A stretch of 64,000 nt of DNA from Dehalococcoidia bacterium (lineage in GTDB: Bacteria > Chloroflexota > Dehalococcoidia > Lucifugimonadales > UBA3495). Numbering within the stretch: position 1 is the stretch's first letter; every line of letters begins with the position of its first letter. Below are positions 1 through 7,107 of this stretch, in pieces. Under the pieces are notes generated by a model. It was not told the origin of the DNA. It did not search any database and saw only the letters and a program-made list of their open reading frames with translations. A program made the translations under genes and the position numbers. The stretch covers positions 2,874,440 to 2,938,439 of the forward strand of contig OY843611.1 of the NCBI GenBank assembly GCA_963692995.1, given 5' to 3'.

Positions 1-477
1 ACACAGCATCCGGTCGCAGGACATCCCCTCCGGGTAGCCCGCGGCCGCCGTCAGCAGCAGTTCCAGCAGTTCCGGCTTCACGTACAAACGCCGGGACACC
101 TCCTCTAACTCCCCTTCCGGCAAACCCCACGCGCGTCGCGCTTGCGCCAGCCGCCGCCGTAGCCGCGCCACTCCCTGGGGCCAGCTCTCCCGCCAGGGAT
201 GCGCCGCCAGCTCTTTTTCCACCGCTTCCAGCAACGCCAAGCTGATCCGCAAGTTGGCCGCCGTCGGCTGGTAAGGCGGCCGGCAGTTCCACTTTTTCAC
301 GTTCAGGGTCCGACGCTCCGCCGGCTCCAGCCCGTGACGCCACGCCTGCCGCTCCACGTAGGCCACCGGCAGCCGACGCCGGATCAGCAATTCCCGGACC
401 CGCCGCTGAAACTCTTCCCGGAAGCGCTGATATACCCGCCCTTCCGACGCGGATGCCGCGCCATTCTTCAGGCCCAT
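1..477 (-). CDS. hypothetical protein, first 159 codons only (continues past the window start)
   Basis: Absent from the ORF track because it has no stop inside the window. My minus-strand translation from the ATG at 477 reads MGLKNGAASASEGRVYQRFREEFQRRVRELLIRRRLPVAYVERQAWRHGLEPAERRTLNVKKWNCRPPYQP... It has strong G/C at codon position 3. Its ATG overlaps the primase stop (ATGGGCCTGA), suggesting translational coupling. Confidence 0.5.
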   Translation of the reverse strand, partial: MGLKNGAASASEGRVYQRFREEFQRRVRELLIRRRLPVAYVERQAWRHGLEPAERRTLNVKKWNCRPPYQPTAANLRISLALLEAVEKELAAHPWRESWPQGVARLRRRLAQARRAWGLPEGELEEVSRRLYVKPELLELLLTAAAGYPEGMSCDRMLC

Positions 478-1739
478 AGCGCCTCGAAGTTCCGGGGGTA
501 TCCGTTCAGGCAGTTGTTGATCCACTCCCCATTTACCACGGACGGCGCGGCGGGCAGCCGTTCTTGCAGCGCGTGCATCAGCTCGCCGGCTACCTTCCCG
601 TCGCGGCAGGCCACCGCGACTTGTCGGGGCGATAGCCGGGCGATTTGATCGATGATCCGCGCCGGATTGGGACGTAGCGGCATTACTCCCGCCAAATCCT
701 CTGCCGGTCCCGCAGCCCGCAGGATCAGAAACAGCCGCGGGTCGTCGGTGATTACTAACTTCGCCGGCCGCGGCGGCAGGTTCATCCGGCCCAGCAGCGC
801 CGGCCGCTGCCCCGGCAACGCCGTCCAATTAGGCGCTTGGGCCGGCCACTGCCGTCGCGCATTCAGCTCTTGCCGCGCCACGCCGGTGAAACTCATTACT
901 CCGCCGGCATGATCCAGCTCCGCTACCGTGAGGTAGCCCGACATCCGTTCCCGCCGCCCGGCGCCCCGAAACAGCGGCGACTGGTCAATCTCTTCCGGCG
1001 TCAAGTCCTGCCGCAACAGATAGCCGCGCAGGCCGTAGCCCGAACAATATCCGATGCCCGCCGCCGCCGCCTGCTCAATAGTCAAGTCCAGCCGGGTCAA
1101 ATAGCTCACGGCCGCCGGCTCGACCAGCCGTTCCTCAAACCACAGGGCCGCTCGGGTCAAGAGCGCGGTGTTTTGGGGGCGCGGCGGTTCGTGGTAGGTG
1201 GGCGAGTGGTCGTACAAAATCGCCGCCGGCCGCGCGCCACGGGCGTTCTCCGGGTCTTGCAGCCACTGCCGCGCTTCCATGATCGCCATTCCCCAGATTC
1301 GCGCGGCGAAGGCGGCGGCGTCGCCCCGGACGCCGCAGGTCCGACAGCCGAAGAAGTTGTCGTCAACGCTGATCTCCAGCGTGCGCGTCGGCTGACGCCC
1401 CTGGCTGCGGTGAAAGGGACAGATTCCTTGCCAGCGGGCGTTCATTTCATCCCGCGGCGTCAGGTTCGCGCCGACCCCTTTAGCCAGGGGGATCAGCAGC
1501 CGGCCTTGGTCGGCGTCGGGAATGTAGCTGTTGCGGCGCTCCCGATTTGGCTCCGGCGCGGCGTCGGCGCCGGTTGCTCCGGCGGCTGCCGTTTCCGGCG
1601 CGGCGTCGGCGCCAGTTGCTCCGGCGGCTGCCGTTTCCGGCCCTTCGGCGGCTGCCTTTTCCGGCCCTTCGGCCAGGTTCGCCGTCTCGTGGCCCGGCTC
1701 GCCGCCCGCCGTTTCCGTTTCCGTTTCCGTTTGCAGCAT
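468..1739 (-). CDS. DnaG-like DNA primase (CHC2 zinc finger plus Toprim-like region) with an Ala/Glu/Thr-rich N-terminal tail
   Basis: 423-aa ORF. CHC2-type zinc-finger signature CPFHRSQGRQPTRTLEISVDDNFFGCRTCGVRGD, as in bacterial and phage DnaG primases. A later acidic stretch (KLVITDDPRLF) is consistent with Toprim. GC3 bias is strong. Confidence 0.7.
   Translation of the reverse strand: MLQTETETETAGGEPGHETANLAEGPEKAAAEGPETAAAGATGADAAPETAAAGATGADAAPEPNRERRNSYIPDADQGRLLIPLAKGVGANLTPRDEMNARWQGICPFHRSQGRQPTRTLEISVDDNFFGCRTCGVRGDAAAFAARIWGMAIMEARQWLQDPENARGARPAAILYDHSPTYHEPPRPQNTALLTRAALWFEERLVEPAAVSYLTRLDLTIEQAAAAGIGYCSGYGLRGYLLRQDLTPEEIDQSPLFRGAGRRERMSGYLTVAELDHAGGVMSFTGVARQELNARRQWPAQAPNWTALPGQRPALLGRMNLPPRPAKLVITDDPRLFLILRAAGPAEDLAGVMPLRPNPARIIDQIARLSPRQVAVACRDGKVAGELMHALQERLPAAPSVVNGEWINNCLNGYPRNFEALWA
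1555..1638. repeat. 42-bp tandem duplication (2 copies, 1 mismatch) inside the primase N-terminal tail
   Basis: ggcgcggcgtcggcgcc(g/a)gttgctccggcggctgccgtttcc occurs twice back to back. It encodes the duplicated peptide AAAGATGADAAPET. Confidence 0.9.
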
Positions 1740-1814
1740 GATAGTTCAGCTCCTTTTGCGCGGCCCGGCCCAATTGCCGGCTAAGAGCCGGGCCAGGTCG
1801 CTGGGGTCAATGAT

Positions 1815-1842
1815 CGCGGGGAACGACGCCCCGCCTTTTTAT
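1815..1842 (+). terminator. intrinsic-terminator-like hairpin plus T-run in the divergent primase/ATPase intergenic region
   Basis: GCGGGG (1815-1820), 7-nt loop, CCCCGC (1828-1833), followed by CTTTTTATT. No obvious upstream + strand gene, so its role is unclear. Confidence 0.3.
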
Positions 1843-1983
1843 TGCGGTTTCGGTTGCCAAGCCCGGCCGATCAGGATTTCGCGGGCGACGGTCTCCTCGG
1901 TGGCCTCAGCCCCCTCAATTGGCTGGTAGCGCAGGTAAATGTCCTGAAATCCAGATAACACCGCTGCGTTATCTCTCCGCTGT

Positions 1984-4900
1984 ATGAATTTTTCGGGAAA
2001 TGGCGCCGGCCCGCATTTCTTTCGCGCTCCCGGACCATCCGTCCAGGTCGCCCGCGCTTTGCCCCCCCGCGCCGGCCAGCACACCCTCCTGGGCCTGGAA
2101 TCGGCCCTGGCCTCCCTGCGCTACCCCGAAAGCCGGTTCGCCTTCGAGATCTACGGACAAAACGGACAAATCTTCTACCTCGTCCGCGCCGAAAACTACC
2201 CGCCCTTGCCCTATGTCCTCGCGTCCTGCTACCCCCAGGCGCAGTTCTCCGGCCTCGGCGACTACGCCGGCCGGGACGACGAAATGGCCCGCGACTGGCT
2301 CAGCCTCCGGCACGATGAACGACAGCACGTCCTGCTGGGACACCTGGCCGCCGAACCCTATCTGCCGCTGAAAAGCTGCGACGACCAGGGCCTTCGACAA
2401 GGCGAGGTTGACCCCTTGGCTTCCATCCTCGGCTACCTCGCCGCCGTCAGTCGCGGCGGCCGTCGCGTCGGGGTTCGTCTCCTGTTCCGTCCCGCGCCGT
2501 CGGACTGGGGCGCCGCCTGGCAGCGCAACTTGCAACGCCGTCTGGACCGCCAGGACTTGTCCACTGCTCCCACCGCTCCCGCCGCCGGACGCGCTGCCGA
2601 CGCCGGCTTTCTCGAAAGCGTTCCCATCTGGGCCTGGCTGGCGCTGGCCGGCGCCGGCGGCCTGGGCTACCTCAACTGGCTATTGATCCAGCAGCAAAAC
2701 TACCTGGCCGCCGCCGGCGCCGATGCCGCCGCCCTGACCCTCAGCGCCGGCAGCGTCTTCCTCTACCGACGCCTTTTCGGCAAGCCCGCAACCCGTCAGT
2801 ATTTCGATGAGCAAATGGTCGCGGATAAACTGGCTTCCCTGGGCTTCATAACCGAACTCCAGCTGACCGCTTTCCTGCCGGCCCAAGAAGGCGACGCCAT
2901 CGCCCAAGACCTGCTCAACGGACTGGCTGCCGCCTACGTTCAGTTCGATCACTCCGCCGGCAACCGCTGGCGCTGGAGCCGGCGCCGCACCCTCAAAACC
3001 CCCACGCAGCAGCTGCTAACTTCCGAACCGGCGCCCCCGCTGCTCGGCTTTCAACCCCTCGACAAGCGCCGCGCCCACCGCTCCATACTGTCCCCCCGCG
3101 AACTGGCTACCCTCTGGCACCTGCCCCTGGGCGAGTCCGAAGTTGCCGCGATGCCCCGCGCCGCCGCCCGGCAGCTCCGTCCCTACCTGCTGGGCGTGGA
3201 TGACGGCCCCCTGGTCGGACACGTGGTGGGTTCCGACGCTCCCGTGCGCGTGTCCGACGCCGCCCTGCGCCGGCATATGCTCCTGCTGGGCAAGTCCGGG
3301 ATGGGCAAGTCCACCTTTCTCAAGCACATCTTGCAAGGCAAGTTTCAGGCGAAAGCCCGCGGCGAGGATAGCGACGCTATCGTGGTGGTCGATCCCCACG
3401 CCGACCTGATCGCCGACCTCATGCCCCTGGTGCCGCCGGAAATCGCCCATCTCACCCGTCTCATCGACATCGGACGCGAAGACCGGGCGCCGGCCATCAA
3501 TCTCATCGACCCGGACCGCTTCGCCGACCGCGACCGCTGCATCGCCAGCATCGTCGATACCCTGCGCTTTCTCTCCGGCGTCGCCTGGGGACCGCGCATG
3601 CAGGCGATTTTCGATCACGGCCTGAAGGGTTTGTATGAGTACAACGCGCACCCGGATACGCCCTATCAGCAGCGCTTGACCCTGCTGGACCTGCTGCCTC
3701 TGCTGGCCGGCGCCGAACCCGCGCCAGCGGCGGCGGCGGCTAGTAGCGGCGGCCGCGGCCGACGGCCGCCGCCGGCGGCGCCCTCCGCTTTTCAGCAGCA
3801 AGTCCTGGCCCGCGTCAGCGATCCCGAAGTCCTGGCCTGGTTCCGCCGCTTTCAGGGCTGGAGCGATCAACTGCGCTCGGAAGCCCTCGCTCCCGTAGAA
3901 ACCCGCATCAGCGCCTTCGCTTCCGACGTCCGCGCCAGAGGCGTTCTGGGCCAGTGGGAAACTACCGTCTCCTTCAGCGATGCCCTGCGGGAGGGCCAGA
4001 TCATTCTGGTCAACCCGGCCAGCGGCGTGGTTGGCCCCTGGGTCTCCGCGCTGCTGGGCAGCACCGTGGTCGGCCTGCTGGATTCCGCGCTACGGGAACA
4101 GGAAAAACTGCCTCCGGACCAGCGCAAGCGCTGTCTGCTGGTCGCCGACGAATTTCATACTATCGTCGGCGCCAACTGGGAAGAACTTCTGGCCGGCATC
4201 CGCAAGTACGGTTGTGCTGTTTTATTGGCAACGCAAAGCATGGCCCGGCTGGATACCCCGGAACGTAACCTCAAGGACGGCGTGCTGGCGAATGTCGGCG
4301 GCATTGTTTGCTACCAGATGTCCGGGGGCGACGCCCGCATTATCGCCGATCAAGTCGGCCGCGAATCGGGCATTACCGAAACGGATCTGGTCAGCCTTGA
4401 CCCCTATTACGCCTACGTCAAACTGACGACGGGCGAGTCCAGCCTGCCGCCCTTCGCCATTCGCACCCGGGAGCCGGACGCCGGCGACCCGGCGGCGGCG
4501 CAGCTGATCATCGACGGCTTGCCTAATTACACCAGGGATCGCCGGGAGTCGCTGGCGGCCATTGCCCGCCGCATGGCCGAACACGAAGGCTTTCCGCTGC
4601 CGGCCGAGGCCGGCGCGACCGGCGCGGCGGCGGCCGGTTCCGATAGGGCCGGCGGCGGTGCCGGCGCGGCGCCGGAAGGAACCCGACTGCGCGGCGTGGC
4701 GGAAGATGCCGTAGCCGCCAGTCAGCTGGACGAAACCACTCTGGCGATGATCCAGCGCCATCTTCACGATCCCGGAGTCCAGGCGGTGTTTGACGCCGGC
4801 CTGAAAGGCCGGGTCAACAGCCTGGTCGCCCAGGGTCGTCGGGAGGACCGGGAGCGCATTCGCCAGGAAGAACGGGAGCGGGCGCAACGGGAGCGGCCGG

Positions 4901-5121
4901 CGGCCGGAACGCCGGCGGCCCCGTCGGAACCGCCGTCGGAACCGCCGTCGGAACCAACCGCGGAACGGGCCGCCCCGCCGTCGGAACCAACCGCGGAACC
5001 GGCCGACATCTTCCCGCCGCTACCACCCGAACCGCCAGCGCCGCCGGTTGAACCGGAACCCGAATCGGCTCCCGCTTTACCTTTCAATCGCGGCCGCAGC
5101 CGCATGGGCAAACGCGGCTGA
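1984..5121 (+). CDS. TraD/VirD4-like type IV coupling protein / FtsK-HerA-class P-loop ATPase with a Pro/Glu/Ser-rich C-terminal tail
   Basis: 1045-aa ORF. Walker A is LLLGKSGMGKSTFLKHIL. Walker B and the following region read CLLVADEFHTIVGANWEELLAGIRKYGCAVLLATQSMARLD. A hydrophobic segment (WAWLALAGAGGLGYLNWLLI) lies N-terminal to the ATPase. The C-terminus has PSEPPSEPPSEPTAE repeats. The start codon is uncertain. Confidence 0.65.
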   Translation: MNFSGNGAGPHFFRAPGPSVQVARALPPRAGQHTLLGLESALASLRYPESRFAFEIYGQNGQIFYLVRAENYPPLPYVLASCYPQAQFSGLGDYAGRDDEMARDWLSLRHDERQHVLLGHLAAEPYLPLKSCDDQGLRQGEVDPLASILGYLAAVSRGGRRVGVRLLFRPAPSDWGAAWQRNLQRRLDRQDLSTAPTAPAAGRAADAGFLESVPIWAWLALAGAGGLGYLNWLLIQQQNYLAAAGADAAALTLSAGSVFLYRRLFGKPATRQYFDEQMVADKLASLGFITELQLTAFLPAQEGDAIAQDLLNGLAAAYVQFDHSAGNRWRWSRRRTLKTPTQQLLTSEPAPPLLGFQPLDKRRAHRSILSPRELATLWHLPLGESEVAAMPRAAARQLRPYLLGVDDGPLVGHVVGSDAPVRVSDAALRRHMLLLGKSGMGKSTFLKHILQGKFQAKARGEDSDAIVVVDPHADLIADLMPLVPPEIAHLTRLIDIGREDRAPAINLIDPDRFADRDRCIASIVDTLRFLSGVAWGPRMQAIFDHGLKGLYEYNAHPDTPYQQRLTLLDLLPLLAGAEPAPAAAAASSGGRGRRPPPAAPSAFQQQVLARVSDPEVLAWFRRFQGWSDQLRSEALAPVETRISAFASDVRARGVLGQWETTVSFSDALREGQIILVNPASGVVGPWVSALLGSTVVGLLDSALREQEKLPPDQRKRCLLVADEFHTIVGANWEELLAGIRKYGCAVLLATQSMARLDTPERNLKDGVLANVGGIVCYQMSGGDARIIADQVGRESGITETDLVSLDPYYAYVKLTTGESSLPPFAIRTREPDAGDPAAAQLIIDGLPNYTRDRRESLAAIARRMAEHEGFPLPAEAGATGAAAAGSDRAGGGAGAAPEGTRLRGVAEDAVAASQLDETTLAMIQRHLHDPGVQAVFDAGLKGRVNSLVAQGRREDRERIRQEERERAQRERPAAGTPAAPSEPPSEPPSEPTAERAAPPSEPTAEPADIFPPLPPEPPAPPVEPEPESAPALPFNRGRSRMGKRG

Positions 5122-5137
5122 ACTCCTGGAGCCAACC

Positions 5138-6682
5138 ATGATCGCCTCCCCCATTTCCCGTCCCGCCAGCGCCGCCGGTTCCGCCAGCCGCCGGCTCAGT
5201 CCGGCCGCCGCTCGATTAGCCGCCCTGCTCTGGCAAATGCCGCTGGCCTCCGCCGCCGACCTGGCCGATGTTTCCGGCGGCAGCCTCTCTTCCGCCTATG
5301 CCGCGCTTCAGGAACTGGAAAGCCTCGAACTGGCCGGCTCCGCCCCCCTGGGCGCTTCCTGCCGCGTCGTCCGCCGCTACTGGCCCCAAGCCCCCGACGA
5401 CGCCAGCGTTCCGCCGGACTGCTCCTATTACCTGACCCGCGCCGCCCGCCGCAACCTGCTGGCCCGCCTGCCGGTCCTCGAATGGTTCTATCGCATTCCC
5501 GGCTACCTCAGCCGACAATCATCAACTTCCCCAATGACCGCCTTTGCCTGGCATACCGACTACCCTTGCGACGCCGCCGTGCAGTTTGACCAAGGCTGGG
5601 CCGCCCTCTTCTACGCCGGCGTCTGGCAGGACGCGCCCGCCCTGCGCCAGCGCCTGGCCCGGCTGGGGCCGGACCTGGCCGATTCCGCCGCCGACGGCGG
5701 CCCTTCCTGGCCGGGACTGTTCGTTTTTGTGGTTCCCGACGCCTGGCAGTCCGACCTGACCCAGGAAGTTGTCGCCGAATTCGGCCTGCAACACAACAGC
5801 ATTATCTGCGACGTCAGCCGCGAACTGGTGTTCGGAACCGTCAATTGGGGTCTCAGCCGGGGCTGGCCCCGACGCCGCAAATACTACTCCGTGACCGCCG
5901 CCGATACCCGCGGCTGGCCCGACTTCCTTCGTCGCGCCGGCCAGACTAACGCCAACTCCCGCGGCGGCCTGGTCAGCCGCATCCTCGCTTTTTTGGAACA
6001 ATGGCCCGGCGCCAGCTACAGCCAACTCCGCCGGCTCCTCGGCGGCAGCGGCAGCGCCGTCTCTATCGTTCTCGACAACATGCTCGCCGCCGACCTCCTG
6101 GTCAAAGTCCGCAGGGGTTATTACCCAACCCGATCCAGCCTGCTCCGCGCCGCTCGCCGGGACCGGGTGCATCACCGCCTTCCCCAGTCTCGCCTGGGCA
6201 AGCCCGCCGCGCAACTCCGGCTGCAACGGCATGACCAGGGCGTCATTCGCCTGATCCAGTCCTTCGCCGACGCCGGCTGCCCCGTCGCTCCCGGCGGACG
6301 CGCCATCGACGACGCCGGGCCCCAGGGCAAACTCAACCCCGACGCCGTGATCCGCGTCGCCAGCCCCCACGGCTTCGGCTGGCACTACCTGGAGTACGAG
6401 CGCCGCGCCCGTTCCCCCGCTACCCTGGCTCACAAGCTGCGGAGCTATTTGATGCCGGCACGCGTTAACGATTGGCCCATCCTCTTTGTCGTGGACAAGC
6501 CGGCCGCCGAACCCCTCCTCTGGGAGGTCGGCCGCGGACTGCCCCTGCTGACCACTACCGCGGAACGGGCTTTTGCCGAACCTCCGGTTGACAACCCCGG
6601 CGTCTGGAGCAGCTTCGGCGTGCCGGCCACGCTGCGCCGCGATCCGGCGGACCGCGACCGGCCATCCGCCGCCAAACCGTAA
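5138..6682 (+). CDS. replication-relaxation (Replic_Relax)-like protein with winged-helix-like N-terminal regions
   Basis: I trimmed the start to the ATG at 5138 (MIASPISR), after the upstream stop. The C-terminal pattern HDQGVIRL...GKLNPDAVIRV...WHYLEYERRARSPATLAHKLRSYL...WPILFVV matches the H / PDa / E-x-D/E-R / K-l-x-x-Y / vlfv layout I recall for the PD-(D/E)xK-like Replic_Relax family. Two HTH-like stretches are present. Confidence 0.55.
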   Translation: MIASPISRPASAAGSASRRLSPAAARLAALLWQMPLASAADLADVSGGSLSSAYAALQELESLELAGSAPLGASCRVVRRYWPQAPDDASVPPDCSYYLTRAARRNLLARLPVLEWFYRIPGYLSRQSSTSPMTAFAWHTDYPCDAAVQFDQGWAALFYAGVWQDAPALRQRLARLGPDLADSAADGGPSWPGLFVFVVPDAWQSDLTQEVVAEFGLQHNSIICDVSRELVFGTVNWGLSRGWPRRRKYYSVTAADTRGWPDFLRRAGQTNANSRGGLVSRILAFLEQWPGASYSQLRRLLGGSGSAVSIVLDNMLAADLLVKVRRGYYPTRSSLLRAARRDRVHHRLPQSRLGKPAAQLRLQRHDQGVIRLIQSFADAGCPVAPGGRAIDDAGPQGKLNPDAVIRVASPHGFGWHYLEYERRARSPATLAHKLRSYLMPARVNDWPILFVVDKPAAEPLLWEVGRGLPLLTTTAERAFAEPPVDNPGVWSSFGVPATLRRDPADRDRPSAAKP

Positions 6683-6702
6683 TGACAACTCAGGAGGCAG
6701 TG

Positions 6703-6984
6703 ATGTCCGAGATGGATCACAAGCAGGACCGGCAGCGGCTGGTTCAGTCCGTCGCCATGCGCCGGCTGAAGCGACTGATGGATATTTGGAACGACGCCAA
6801 CTGCGTTATCGTGCTGGACCTGAAGGGTCAGCGCATCGGCTGGCGCGCTTATCCCGTAGCGGCCTGGGAAGCAACTGATGCCTTTGACGCACCGCAAACC
6901 TTATGGATCAACATGGAAATCGTATCCGACAATGACAACGCTGGGGCAACTCCCGCAACCGGCGGCGCCGCCGGTCCGGAATAA
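6703..6984 (+). CDS. small hypothetical protein (93 aa)
   Basis: ORF track 6682..6984. AGGAGG at 6692-6697 favours the ATG at 6703 (MSEMDHKQDRQ...). It is tightly packed after the upstream gene. Confidence 0.55.
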   Translation: MSEMDHKQDRQRLVQSVAMRRLKRLMDIWNDANCVIVLDLKGQRIGWRAYPVAAWEATDAFDAPQTLWINMEIVSDNDNAGATPATGGAAGPE

Positions 6985-7026
6985 ACGCTGATGCAACGGC
7001 GGACGCCGGGCAAAGTCGCCGTCGCT

Positions 7027-7074
7027 GAAATGCCAACGGCCCCAATCCTTCCGGATCGGGGCCGCTGCCATTTC
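7027..7074. terminator. long imperfect hairpin between convergent genes (possible bidirectional terminator, no U-tract)
   Basis: GAAATGCCAACGGCCCC ... GGGGCCGCTGCCATTTC forms a 17-bp stem with 2 mismatches by my pairing. An inner ATCC/GGAT stem is also present. It lies between the stops at 6984 (+) and 7108 (-). Confidence 0.35.
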
Positions 7075-7107
7075 AGTCCCACAGTTGATAGGTCCATCCG
7101 GCTGCGC

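Noticed and set aside
199-1784. + strand ORFs 199..648 and 837..1784, antisense to the primase and the upstream partial gene.
   Set aside because: They have Arg/Pro/Gly-rich shadow-frame composition. The minus strand carries the CHC2 zinc-finger motif and a coupled downstream gene.
1839-2084. 81-aa minus ORF in the primase/ATPase divergent region.
   Set aside because: Its 5' half overlaps the start of the ATPase ORF and it has no SD. Only the C-terminal ~40 codons look protein-like. I kept it as a possible alternative if the ATPase actually starts further downstream.
5522-6897. Minus-strand ORFs 5522..6688 (388 aa) and 6445..6897, antisense to the replication-relaxation gene.
   Set aside because: They have Gly/Ala/Val/Pro-rich shadow-frame composition. 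The + frame has the family-like motifs and tight operon packing.
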